Assembly: GCA_001949185.1 (NCBI GenBank)
Contig: BDGG01000002.1
Coordinates: 3,593,826 to 3,657,825, forward strand
Source of the DNA: Ramazzottius varieornatus
Lineage: Eukaryota > Animalia > Tardigrada
Direction of reading: 5' to 3'
DNA length: 64,000 nt
Shown one piece after another: positions 25,119 through 38,594 of the stretch (positions are counted from its first letter, which is position 1; each line of letters starts with the position of its first letter). A program made the translations under genes and the position numbers. The notes under the pieces were generated by a model. That model was given only the letters and a program-made list of their open reading frames with translations, made no database searches and was not told the origin of the DNA.

Positions 25119-28100
25119 ATGCTGAGTGTGGGGAACGTTCTGATCCGGCATGGGCGAACGAAACTAACGATCACATCGCTCGCCACGGGCTTCCGTCCAA
25201 CGAAGGTTTGTCTGCTGATCGTCAAGCGACCATTCTCGCTTCCGACTCGCTCAAGCAGGCACTTCCCTGCCAGAAACCTTCTCCAACGGCCCGAAGCTCA
25301 ACAGAAAGGATGGCTGAAAGGATGGCTGAAAGGATGGCGGGGGAAGTCATCGAGCAAGCCACCGCGGAGACCAGAGAAGCCAGGGAAACCAGAAAAGCCA
25401 AAAGAAGTAGAATCCGAAGAGACACCTCCCGAGAATCTCTACGCGAAACAACTCGACAAGATTCCCGAACCTATTCCGAGAATGAAAGACTTGAAAAAGG
25501 ATGAAATTCGAAGGTTCTTCGGGCAAGCTTACAACCAGAGATGGAGAATAGGCGGTAAGAATGGCCAATTGTCCGAATTTTCAGAATCTTTAGGGTTTTT
25601 TCCTGAATATTTCGATAGATCTTCCAGAGTTGTTTTCTTTCAGGTGCGGTGGCTCTTTTGCTCATCTCAAGTTCCGTTTCGATGGCGGTACCTTACTGCG
25701 TGGGGAAGATCATCGACGTCGTCGCGAAGGCCGGTGAACAGACCAAAGATACGTTATTCACAATAGCAGCCATTCTCGTCCTCGTTTTCGTTGCTGGAGC
25801 TGCCGCGAATTTCGGACGAGTTTACCTCTTCCAAACCACATGTATGCATTTCTCTCAAATTCCTAACCACAGTGATGACATTGGTGAAGACTTAATGGAG
25901 AAAATTTCGCTTGATTTTGCAGCGGCGAAGATTGTCGCGGAAATTCGTACACGACTGTACTCGTCGCTGATGCGTCAGGACTTGACGTTCTATGACGCCA
26001 GGAAGACTGGCGAACTAGCTAATAGGTTGTCCAACGATGTCTGGACTGTCGGTGATTCTCTCACACAGAATATCTCCGATGGACTTCGCTCTCTCATGTC
26101 GACTGTGATCGGAATCGGTATGATGGTACGCTTCGACTCATTTTCTCACTCCGATTTACCTTACGACCTCGCGCGTGACATAATGCGCGACTGCATCGGG
26201 ACATTGTGCTGAATAGTATCTCTATCTTTTCAGTTTTACATATCGACGGATTTGGCAGTATTAGGTTTGGTGACAGTTCCTCCCATTGCCGCCTTGGGCA
26301 TCTTTTACGGAAAGTACCTAAAGAAGATCACAGAGAAGATCCTGGACGCTTGGGCAGCTTCGACTCAAGTAAGTAAATTTCGCAAGTTATTGTCTTCACG
26401 AGCCGTCTGGCTAGGCCGCGCCTGCATACATTTTTACTGTTGAAACAACATAGCTTGGTGTATGCAAGTAGTTGACAAATTAGTTCCTTTCTACTTCCGC
26501 CGTATTGCAGCGTTCTTACTTTGCCAGAAGTGTTCTCGTTTCATATCTTTTTCTTTCCAGGTCGCGACGGAACGTTTGGGTAATATGCGGACCGTCCACG
26601 CATTCAACCAAGAGCAGAAAGAGATCAAGCTGTACGATGACAGCGTGGTGGACATGCTGAAGCTGCAGTACAAAGAAGCAACGGCCAAGGCGATGTTCTA
26701 TGGAATGGTAAGAAGCATGAAGCCCGGATCCAAGAAAGAGGTCCTCTTCTCCGTCTTATTCTTGCTTAGGTTCCGTGGCTAAGACTTACGTACCTTTTAT
26801 GATTTCAGGCTGGGCTGACGGGGAACTTAGTCGTCTTGAGCGTTCTGTATTACGGCGGAATACTCATGTCAAGAAGTGCCATCACGGTTGGGGATTTATC
26901 TGCCTTCATAATGTACTCGGCTTACGTCGGTACATCTATTGGCGGTAAGAAAAACGGTTCACTACCAGAACCTGAGTTAAATTTCTGACAAGAACACTTT
27001 TTTGTAAATTGATTTGCTTTTCGGGTTTCTAACTTGCATGGTACGTGCCAAACGTAATGGTACTACAATTAGTGTCTTGTAGTCTTACAGTTGGCATATT
27101 TATTTCGGATTCCTCTCACCTGACGAGCTTTGTATTTTTGGAAGGTTTATCTGGATTCTACTCCGAGATGATGCGCGGTATCGGTGCCAGTGCGAAGATG
27201 TGGGAGATTTTGGATCGCGAACCCGCCGTTCTTCTCGATAGTAAGTCAATAAAGAACAATTCTTGAGTACAGCATAGTGTTAGTGGTCGATCGGAGGCAT
27301 AATTGCTTTGATTTTATAGCTGGGATCATCCCATCGCAACCGCTGAAAGCTTCATTAAAGTTTGACCATGTCGACTACAACTACGGTGCGCGGAAAGAAG
27401 TGCCGGTCCTTCAGGACTTCACGCTGGAGATATCTGAAGGCTCTTTCACGGCTTTCGTCGGTCCCAGGTATGTTGTGTTTGTCTCTACTTCTTTACTAAG
27501 TCTTTGTCTTTCTTGAACAGCTTGATGAACGAGTTGTGGTGGATGTGCGATACGAAGGAAGTAGACCGATCAGCGTCTTTTCAGTGGTTCGGGAAAGTCG
27601 ACAGTCCTCTCGCTTCTGCTTCGCCTGTACGACCCAGATGAAGGCGCCGTCTACTTTGGTGGCATGGACATCAAGACACTCAACCCAAAGTGGCTGCGTT
27701 CCAATATCGGCTTTGTACCTCAGGTATTAGAAAATTTTGCCACGCAAAGTTCGGTGATTCAAAGTCGAAATCAGCAGGGACTTTTTGGTACCGTTGCTGC
27801 TTGGAACGGCCTTTTTCGGAGTGACTGAGGGGCACGGTCTTGTCAAGCGGTAGCTGCTGTAGTCGTATTTTCCAGATCAAAGTCATTCACCGTGCATTCT
27901 TTCTTTGTCTTGCAGGATGTGCATCTGTTTTCCTCGACTGTGTACGATAACATCGTGTACGGTGGTAACGAGGGCGTAACGAGGGACGAAGTAATGGAGG
28001 CTTGCAGGAAAGCCAATGCTTACGACTTCATCATGGAAATGCCAAACCAGTTTGACACATTGGTTGGCGAACGTGGGCTTCTCCTCTCCGGTAAGTAGAA

Positions 28101-28799
28101 ATTCTCTCGACATTAACAGTTATCATTCCAGACTTCAGACACCTTCCATAATTCGGTAATGTCCGTAATTCGGTAATTCGGTAATTCGGTGAAGTCCTGA
28201 GACGTCATCTAACCTTTCTGACTAATGCCTTTTCAGGAGGACAGCGGCAAAGGATATCGATCGCCCGAGCTTTGGTTAAGGTAAACTAAGCTGATAATCC
28301 ATCAGAATATTATCTTTTTAAGACTGGTTGTGAAAATCAAAGGAGATGGACCTGGGCAAACAGAAAGTGCATGATCGTTGTCTCGAGCCGCGCACGTCTT
28401 GTTGCTATTGTCCGGAAGGGTGCGCCACTCAAGATAACGATCTTCTCGATATTGCTTACCAAGCTTTAGATTCTAGATTCGCTTAGTCAGATTTCTTTTT
28501 GAGATCTCAGTTCGGCTTTCTTCGTTGAATAGAATCCAAAGATTTTACTTCTGGACGAAGCCACGAGCGCTCTGGACTCTGAGAGTGAGTCTTTGGTCCA
28601 AGCCGCTCTGAAGGAGCTGTCGAAACAGCGGACTGTCGTGACGGTCGCTCACCGTCTTTCCACGATTCGAGAAGCGGACCAAATCTGTGTGCTGGATCAA
28701 GGCAGGATCATCGAGAAGGGTCGGTACGCCGAATTGCTGGCCAATAAGAAAGGTGCCTTTAGGAAGCTCATCCAGCGGCAAATGCTGGCAGTAACCTAA
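25119..28799 (+). CDS. ABCB10: Mitochondrial ABC half-transporter, ABCB10-like, multi-exon
   Basis: Arg-rich presequence; [46 protein letters not shown]; Walker A GPSGSGKST, signature LSGGQRQR, Walker [21 protein letters not shown]. Confidence 0.92.
28148..28190. repeat. Short intronic tandem repeat (TAATTCGG)n
   Basis: About five imperfect 8-bp units. Confidence 0.75.
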
Positions 28800-29138
28800 T
28801 ACAGGGCTCTCCAGACCTGTAATTTGCATCCACACTAACGAATGTGACCAAAGATGATTTTAGTGCTTGAAAATACGACTGCTTTCTGATTGCCTTGGAC
28901 AGTGGTAATTTTTACCGGTTTTAAATGTTGCCTAGATCAAAATTTATATCCCTGTTTGAACGCTTAACACTTCTCTACTCTATTTCCTTCTTCGTTTATT
29001 TTGCGGTGAGAAGTGCGTTGGGTTTTCGGCCTGCTCTCTGTTTTGTTTCTCCGGATGTTGTTTAGGCTTTGTAAACTTCGCTGCGGATAATTTTTGGGAA
29101 ATTTTTCCCTGCCGGAAGTCTGCGTTCGGCAGAGAAGA

Positions 29139-32100
29139 ATGCACCTGACAGGGTATATGGTGGTCAGTTTCGGTTTGAGTCTTTCTCTCCTGGCTGGTCT
29201 CTCAGCTTCCCTACAGTGTCAAGCGTTTTGCCGGAAAGACCAGGCTCAGAACTTTAGGCAGTTTCGTAACGATACCATCATAACTTTCTGTCAGTTGTGG
29301 GAAGACAAGGACGCCTTGATCGACCCAGCCATCGAACTGGGCATTCAGAGCCTACGGGATTCTTTCCCGCCCAACGTCCATTTCGAATGGATCAAGATGG
29401 AACTTCCGGGTGGCTGTTCCAACTCTGACGAAACGTAAGGTTATTTTATCTGTTGGGGCGGAGGTGCTAACGAGTTTGTCGAGCGGGAGTTGTGTCTTTC
29501 TAGGTCTTTGCTGATTTCGCCAGCTGCAGTGGAACTGAACGTGCGGAAAAGCTCGTTTGGCTGTTCAGTCTTCATGGGACCAGCGTGTACGGCTTCGGTC
29601 GAACAAATTCGGGGTCTGCTGAGCTCGTGGAATATCCCCGTGCTAACCACCGAGGCTGGAGGGATTACGGGGAACCAAAAGGCTGCCAGCAAGCTTTTGA
29701 CCAGGCTGGGTTTCAACCAAGAAGCCGTTGGTCTGTTCCTTGTCAAAGTCCTCGAGTATTTCTCATGGACCAACATCGTGATTGTAAGCTCCTCCTTTGC
29801 TTGATTGCAAAGTTTTGATGCCTGACAAAACAGCCGATTAGTAACATTACCCGAACGCTGCAGATCACGTACTTGCATACAGAGTAGGCTGAGCCCACCA
29901 TATGACGGAAGTAGGCAGGTGCATGCTGGCTTAGCTCGCTCTTGTTTATCCCGCTAACTCCTCAGCTCTTGATTTCTTTGACTCTAACAATCACTTCGTT
30001 GAGAGGGGTTTTTGTAATTTAGCGTTTTATTACAGATTTTTGACAGTGATGCTGCGTCGACAGCCTTCGCCAACAGCTTTGAGATAGTGTTACGGGACTT
30101 GACCGGAAGTAGCGTGGACCCGGGTTCCAGGATGCTGCCGATCTCATCGGGAGCAACAGCGACGGATTATAGAGGTCTATTGTCCCGAGTACGACTCACC
30201 GCCAGAGGCACGGCTTCCTTTCTTCTGGACGAGTCTTGTAGTCTTTCTCCTCCATCAGATATTTTCAACGTGACACCGTGACTTGCATGAATGGCTAATT
30301 ATACTGTTTTCCAGTGGTCGTTATCGCGGCGTTGTCCGATATCGCTCGTGACATAATGGTAGGTCCAAGAAAGGCTGAAATATCTTTGCCGAAATTTTAC
30401 TACTATTCTTGTCGGAAATTATAGGTGACTGCTGGAGATATGGGCATGACCAGCGGAGACTACGTAAGCTCAGCTGACCGGAACCTCCTGAAGAAGACAC
30501 ACGGCTCGTTATGGAAATGCGAAAGCAGTTCAGCTCTGTTCTCGTCTAGGTATACATTACGACGGATCTTTTTTACACTAACGGACGGACTGGTTCCATC
30601 ACTTTCAAGGCAACGACAGACGTAGGTATCAATATTCGTCCACAGAACGAAGCATCGCTGCAAGGTAACCTTTCCAAAGAAGCAGCCGACACCAATGCGG
30701 TAAAGAAGTCTCTCAAACAATCCTGGTATGGTCTCCCAGTGTAACATGATTACTACAGGATGTGAAGGCTGCTTTCCAAAGTCTCTTTATTATGACTTTA
30801 AAAGTCCCTGACACCAGAGCGAACGCCGAGTATCAGACCCGAATCAAAAAGCTGTCCGCCGAGAAATATCACTACATCTACGACGCAGCCGACAAGGTCG
30901 GGGGATGGGTACACATACTTTCCTAGAAAGCCTTGCGCTATGATCGTGAAGGTTTCCATGTGAGATTAAGGTCTTGGTTGCAGGTACCATATTCCGTCAC
31001 GGGTTTCTTCGACGCCTGTCGTCTGTACGGACTGGTGAGGTCGCCTCCTATAACCAGGTCGACCGCATGCAAAGAACTTCTCTGACAAAAGGTTTTGTTT
31101 CAGGTGCTGAACGAAACTCTGAAAGCCGAACAAGATCCACTCGATGGTCTGGCAATGACTCGAAAGATGTGGGGTCGAGTGTTTCCCGGCCTAGGAGCCG
31201 AGGTTGTCATCAGCGAGAATGGCGATCGCGTGTTCGACTTTTACCTGCTGGGTTTCGATCCACACATAGCGGCATTCACTGTATGGAATCTGCTAAAATT
31301 TTCTCAAGGTGATCCAGGTTCAAGCTCTTCCTTTTGCAGCCCGTGCTGGACTTCACTGCCTCGACCCGGAAAGTAAGCCTGGTTAGGGATATTTTCTGGG
31401 CGAACCGCCAAGGTCCTCCGCCCAACACGCCACCTTGCGGCTATGACGGCAAGAGTGGAGTGTGCGCTCGTGCTGCCACCACCGGTGTGCTGTCGGCTGG
31501 TGCTATCGCTGCCATCGTGGTCGGTGGAGCTTTGGGCTTGATGGTGTTCATGGTGCTCATTGCAAGGTAAGTATCTAGTGTTAAGAAGAAGAATACAATC
31601 ATGTCCGTCTGAGAACTTTCTCTTGGATTGAAATTTTAGACAGCGAAAAAAGGGCTGTGCGAGAGACAACGAAAACTGGTGGCGGATTGATTGGTTAAAC
31701 ATTACGGGTACGTACCAGACTCGAAACCTCAAATCTGTACTGGTACCAACTTTGTTATCTTGTTTATAGCGTTGAAAGATGCTCGCTCGGAATATCTTTC
31801 GTTCCATAGTAGCGGTAGTTCGTTACAACGAGTTACCTTTGCTGTCGGCACCGCTGGCGCAGCCCCAGAAATTGCAATACAGGCGCCGAGTCAAGATGAA
31901 ATGCACAGTGCACCGCGGGTGAGAGCAAATTCTCCCTCCCCCAGTCGTCATCTTGCAGTGCTGAAACGTCTGAAAACTCGACGGTCTTTGCAGCTGCCAT
32001 CGAATTCGGTCGGCCAACTAACGGCTCTTAAAATCCCCTCATCGCATTCTAGCAATACTATGCCTGAGTCAAAGCGAGTGCGAGAAGCTGCCGCATCGTA

Positions 32101-34831
32101 TGTCTCCCGCCATACGCGAACTAGCAATGGTGCCCGAACACTTAACAGTAGCATGCAGGCCACGTACATTGAAACAGGCATGTACCTGGACACCCAGGTC
32201 GCCGTCAAGCGTGTGGGAAAGGCCGTCTATCTCAGCCGAGCTATTCTCCACGACCTCCGTCTGGTAAGAGCCACTGCCCTTAGCACCATAGGTAATAATT
32301 GGACACCGATGCATTGGCGGTCGCTTTAGCTAAGAGATATAAATCACGACAACGTGAATCGCTTCGTCGGACTCTGTACCGAAGCAGGTAACGAGAGCAT
32401 CATTGCCGAGTACTGCAGTAAAGGAAGTCTGGGAAATTTACTGGACAATGATGCGGTCAACTTGGACGAGACCTTTCGTTTCTCCCTGATGAATGATATC
32501 ATTCAGGTATGCAATGCACAGTAGTATTGTTGCAAAGTCGCTGAAATAGTGGCTGAAAGCTGGCTTTACTAGGGAATGTGTTACATACACTCGTCGCCGT
32601 TTCACTCCCACGGTCGGCTGAACAGTTCGAACTGCCTGGTCGACGGCCGTATGTTGGTCCAGATTGCCGACCTGGGTCTGTGGCCACTTCGTCGTCGCTA
32701 CCTGGCCTTCCTCGATCCGGAGGCTGAGGAAGCGGAAATCCGTCCTCTGCTGTGGGTCGCACCTGAACACTTGCGCGAACCCATGCCGGTCAACGGTACA
32801 CCCAAAGGCGACGTGTACGGTTTCGCAATCATTCTCCAGGAGATCGTCTCTCGGTTACCGCCGTACCACGACAACGCCTCCGATACTCGCAGTAAGGAAT
32901 ATACAGTACGAAACAATTCGCCCAGATATCCACACTTTTCCAGGAAAGCCTCGAGAGTTTTGTACGAAATAGAATAGATCGTAGAGCAAGAGTCTGATCT
33001 CCTGTTCCCGACCTCCAATTATAAACTCTCGTAACCCAAAGATTCGACAGATTTTATGAAACATGCTTATGCATCTCCTCATGGTACTTGGACACTACCT
33101 TACGTTTTCAGCTGTCATTCGGGAAGTTAGGAAGGGTCTGAATCCGCCCTATCGACCAGTAGTCGAGAGTGGATCCTGCAACCTCCACGTTCTCACGGTG
33201 ATGCAAGAATGTTGGTCAGAGTTTCCGGAAGAACGCCCGTCATTCGAACTGGTCAGAAGCCGAACACGGCTGCTGATCAAGGACTTTTCGGGTAATCTCA
33301 TGGACAACTTGCTGAAGCGTATGGAGAAGTATTCGAGTGACCTCGAAGAACTGGTTGAGGAGCGCACCGCCGCCTTCATGGAGGAGAAGAAGAAGTCCGA
33401 GGAACTACTTGGCCAGATGCTCCCTAAGTAAGATCAGTCTTCACCGGCAAATTTCACCGTGAAACAGATATCTCCATCATTGCACTGGTTCATACTTTTC
33501 GCTTTCAGAGCTGTTGCAGAGAAGCTAAAGCGGGGAGAGTACATCGAAGCCGAAACATTCATCAGTGTTACCATATGTTTCAGGTAGGTTCGCCCCTGCG
33601 CGCCTGTGGCTTTTGCTGCATGTTAACCGGTACAGCCCTGATAAGGTTCTTGATGGTTGGATACTTGATTTCAGCAACGTCATGGACTTCGCAGAGCTGT
33701 CCGCCAAATCTTCGCCCCTGGAAATCGTCAACCTGCTCAACGGACTCTACAGTAAGCTATGTCCTCCAGAAGCTCAATGTGTGCGAGACACCATCGAATT
33801 CGAGTACGCACGTTCCCATACTTTCCGCTGTTTTACGTCTGATGAAAATGCAGGTCTGATGGAAGGTATTATCAACGAGCACGACGCTTTCAAGGTGGAG
33901 ACCATCGGAGAGTCCTGCGTGGTAAGCCTCGATTTTCTGTGAACTTCAGTTGTTTTTGGAGTACCATTTAACTGCATAGTTCGGTCGCTATTCCATCTGT
34001 ATGGCATTATGTACTCTACTACAGGTTGTCAGTGGATTGCCGATTCGCAATGGTACACGCCATGCGGTGGAACTCGCTAAAATCTCTCTAAAGATTATGC
34101 GAGCTATGGACCGCTACCACGTTCCACATCGTCCCGGAGAACGGCTGCTGCTCCGCTTTGGCATGCATACCGGACCGGCGGCTGCTGGTTGGCCATCGGC
34201 AAAAGTTTCGGCTAATCCCAATGCTAATTTACCTTGCTTGTCGGAATCTTTTAGGTGTCGTGGGACTGAAAATGCCGCGTTACTGCATGTAAGAATATTA
34301 TGAAGTTAACAGTTCGCGGTACCGTGGTTGCTTCTCAAAACATGTTGCTCGATCTCCAGATTCGGGGACACCGTCAACACTGCCAGCCGTATGGAGTCGA
34401 ATGGAGAAGGTGCGTTGCGTTAATGTTAATCTTTTACCCCATTGGGACTTGACGGAAACGTGGCCTTACTTCGCACAGTACCGTTCTCACTAATGTAAAG
34501 GTTGATGAATTGTGGTCATTTGCTGGGAAAGGGTGGTTCTTCCTTGCAGCCACACGCATTCACATCAGCCAAGCCACAAAGGTGCTGCTCGATCAATATC
34601 CAGAATTCATCGTTCACCTGCGCGGTAACATGGATATTAAGGTACTACACCCTCAGGGTTTCGTCAGCATTCTGTACAAAGGTGTTTGAAATACCAGTGA
34701 TGGTTCACGTTATTCGCGTGACGCATTGTGTAACGTGATCTCTCTCCGCACAGGGCAAAGGAAGCATGACCACGTACTGGCTGGTAGATTGGGTGGCTCA
34801 GGTCGCGACGACCTATGGATCGAGCTTGTAA
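29139..34831 (+). CDS. Receptor guanylyl cyclase 1 (signal peptide, ANF-receptor-type ECD, TM, kinase-homology domain, cyclase); beta-like half site
   Basis: PPPNTPPCGYDG hinge, [64 protein letters not shown]; cyclase FSNVMDF / ETIGESCV / MPRYCIFGDTVNTASRMES / KGKGSMTTYW. Confidence 0.93.
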
Positions 34832-36601
34832 TCACACAAGTAGAAAATATTCGAATTTCATTCCTGGTTCAAGAAGTTTCAGTCCAAACCTTCGTTTTAT
34901 CCTAGCATGAGAACAATCTGAAGCGGTGAGAGAAGCTGGGTGTGTTCCTTGCACGTACCAGAACCGCTCAACGAACGTTCGTGTCACGGTATTCGTGGGA
35001 TTTCCGAAGCCACACTTCGGGGCTGTATGTGCTGTAAATGGCTTTTCTAATCCAACATATCCAAGACACCAGTTCGTGCTGTACAAATAAATCAAGAGTT
35101 CCGTTTTGGCTAATTAACACTCCATTCTTTGTCTTTTGGGATTGAAAATCCGGATTAATACCGGCGATTGGTTACACGTGTTTTCCTTCAATGCTCTGCT
35201 AATTACTATGTACCTATGTACGCATCCCCCACTTGATTGCCGTGGAGCCGGAGTTTAATTCTTAGGTGTGCAGTCAAGTTCCTCTTGAATCTCTATCTCA
35301 GTTCCTTCAAGACGTCCCGTCATAATCAATGTAACAATCTTGGTAGCTTTTGTTCGGTCTGGAAAAAGTGAGGCGACTCACAAAACAATAATTTCCGAAG
35401 GTATTGATTAGGGACTGAATCAGATGGTTGGTCATTATGGCTACACTGCAGGATGCGATGATAAACAATCAAGGTGCTGCGTGTATCTCTTTTCCAGTAT
35501 CCAACATTCATCCACCCACGAGGCATCGTGGATATCGAACGCTTCACATGGTGGTGCAAACATTTCCAAAATGTTCTGATTGACCTTTTACCCTTGCTGA
35601 CGCAATCGACTCGATCGGTTCCTGCCTTCCTGGATTTTCATGGATTACGGCAAAAGGGAGGAAAAATCTGACGGGAACTGGGTCATTTCAGCAAGGCGCC
35701 GGGACCTTCAAACCGGGCACGGGTATCAGCAGCCATAGCAGGTACACCGGCTGTAGTGTACCACAGTCTGATCAGCAAAGTTGATACCGTTTTTTCTGTT
35801 GCTCGTCCCCGCCCAGTTTTTTCAACTCGGACTATTCCCTTACAGTCAGTAAACAACCAGCTTTGTTTCCCTACGTGTTGGAAAAGGATCCGACAAAATC
35901 CAAGTTTGGGAGAAAACCCCAACTATAATTCAGACCTATGACGCTGGTTATAAAACAGAACGCGGTATCTTGAGCAGCAGGTTTGTCAATTCCCACTCCT
36001 CCGGTAAATGCATAAAGAGTTTGCGTCTTCATTTAACAAATTACGGAACCACGTGTTTTGTGCACGGTTTGAGCCACTGGATCAAAACTTACCGACGAGT
36101 TTTTAACTGATGGAATCACAGGGGCTGGTACTCGATCGACCAACGACGGCAAGAAAGGTGGAGCTAATGTGCGCGATATGATCCGAGCAAGCTCCGTCTT
36201 TGTGCACCGGTCTGATTTCTTCCCATGGACAGGCCAACACCGCCACCTCAAATCCGACCAGCCCACTCGACGGACACTATGTTCCTGTATCTACGCAGTT
36301 TTTGACAGTGGAATCTGCACTCTATCAAAAAACAAAAGTTTTAAGAGCAAACACCACCCCCTGAATTTTGAATTTTCACTGGTTTTCCGCTGGTCTGACC
36401 TGTAGCCACATAGCCTCGCCGCGCCGACAAGGGTTTCGTGGAGACAAAAGAGAAAACGCCGCGCTGATTTGACCAAAATGAAACCCGCAGTAGGTCTTCA
36501 GTATCATGTTCGGGTCAATTTTGACTCAGTGGTTCCGTAAGTGTTAAGTTGAAGGAACAATCTGAAAGGAACAGCACTGAAAATTTAGGCTTCAAATGGT
36601 T

Positions 36602-36648
36602 GTTTTTCCGGTTTTTCCGGTTTGTCCGGTTTGTCCGGTTTTTCCGGT
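36602..36648. repeat. 9-bp tandem repeat (CCGGTTTKT)n
   Basis: About five units visible in intergenic DNA. Confidence 0.8.
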
Positions 36649-37923
36649 GAATCTTCCCCTTCCGAAAAAGCTTGGGTGTGCTTTTCTCGACGGTATTCCG
36701 AAGAGTCTTGGTAGTGGCATTTGCGCACATACACTGTTTAACAGACCGCGGTTTTGTCTGTCTTTTGATGTCACGGTGTCTCTAAGGAAAACGAACCGGA
36801 TGCTCAGCGAATTTTCACTGAAAAGCTGATCAGTGCTTAGGCAGTTTCCGATCGGCGTTTTCGCCCACCCGGGCTTTGTTCTGGCCTACTGAGTTTTTGT
36901 AAAACGAATTTCCGGAGTTAGAATGAGCTTCGTACAGATTCCACGTCCTGGAAGGAGTACTGAGCCGACGAGAAGAACTGTGGAAAACAGTGTCAACTTT
37001 GCCGAATCGGACTGGGTTTCTTCTACGTAGTACGAGTACATTAGTATTTAATCTGCTTGTCGGATATTTCAAAAATACTATACTCGCAGAAAGTTCATTA
37101 TTAAACGAGGCTTAATGGACCTTGCTCGCAGTAATACGCACCGGACTCTTCAAGTTTTCAATGGGTTGTTTTGTATTGCAATCTCTTTTCTCACTGCATT
37201 ACACGTACTTCGCCAAATTATGGGCAGGACAAAATTTCGGGCACCGGCCGAGAGCGGCAGGTTTTCGATCTATTGGTCAGCTTTAGCTGACCCTTGCCGC
37301 TTTCGGGCAGTGCCAAAAGTTTGTCCATGCTCATGATTAGGCAAAGTACGTGTATATATAAGTGATTTCTGGAATGCTCACCGTCATCGCCGGGTGAAAA
37401 TCAAACCGTTCCACGCTTCCCGAAACCTTTGGCGTAAACATCGCGTCATCCGGGCTCTGCCACGCCTTGTTCCATCGTACCGAACTATATATACTGTAGT
37501 TCGGCACACTTTACTCAGCAGTAACAAAAGGGAACGACCTAAGGCCAGATCGGTAATATCCGAGTATTCAACCGCTGATGTCGACACCTTGCTCTCTCTT
37601 GATGAAATAGGACCTGCTCCGCCCTGGCACATTTCGAATAATTAATTTTCCCAGCATTTTGTATGTAGTATACGTTGTTAACGATGCGCCGCACAACAAC
37701 AAGGCAGATGACTGGGCGTATCGCATTTCCGCAAATCAGCTCCTGGTTAACTTATGACGTCAACTATATCCTTAAGTCATTAAAACCCTCCTAGCTACCG
37801 ATAATGGTATAAATCCAGTTCGGCATCTTTCCTGACATGTGAACATTCTTCCAGAGCTTTTCAACCGTTAGTCTAGCTCTTGATGATAATTTTTCACCGA
37901 AATCGCAGATCTTCTAGTGGGAC

Positions 37924-38502
37924 ATGACGGCTATGGTGGTTTGCAATATGATATGGTGGGTGACCCTACATCAGTCGGTTTGCCTCCCGATGCCATCGAC
38001 TGGGTTGCCAATATCCTATCCGCTAACAAAATCAACAGCATTCCCCGTGCATCAGTTAAGTCATGCTACTTCGGACTTGGATTTGCCTGGCGAACGACCC
38101 GACAACAACGTTGAGCTCAAGCTCGGTCGGATGGGTAGTTCGAGTCTGCCCAGTGAAAGCGATTCGCCCTTTCGGTTCTTGGATAGGAAGAAGCGACAGA
38201 TTTCTCTGCATTTAAAAGAACCCACCCCGGATTCGGACGCTCTGGGATACAGCGCACCTTATCGCTTTCTTGAAGCTGACAACGGTCGCAAAATCCCACA
38301 TCCCTCGCCACCACCCTCCCGAACGACCAGGCACTGGAGTACGGGCTACACGACTAGCCATTTTCACCGCAGAGGAAACTCGGGAAAGGCCGATTTAGAT
38401 ACACCATATCGCTTTCTCGACCTCCGAAAACGAAACACAACTTTCAAACTCCCGAGCGTCAATCTTACCCACTTAACGCGCGGATCTCCGGATTTTGTTT
38501 AA
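37924..38502 (+). CDS. Putative neuropeptide precursor (single exon, 192 aa)
   Basis: Signal-like N-terminus; three copies of [STA]P[FY]RFL[DE] followed by RKKR, (ADN)GRK and (L)RKR. Confidence 0.72.
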   Translation: MTAMVVCNMIWWVTLHQSVCLPMPSTGLPISYPLTKSTAFPVHQLSHATSDLDLPGERPDNNVELKLGRMGSSSLPSESDSPFRFLDRKKRQISLHLKEPTPDSDALGYSAPYRFLEADNGRKIPHPSPPPSRTTRHWSTGYTTSHFHRRGNSGKADLDTPYRFLDLRKRNTTFKLPSVNLTHLTRGSPDFV

Positions 38503-38594
38503 CAATGATATTATTATGGCTCATGCATTCGTAAAGCCTGCAACATAACACACGCCTTGTATGCTGTAATGCAGAAACTGATGTATGCAGTGTA

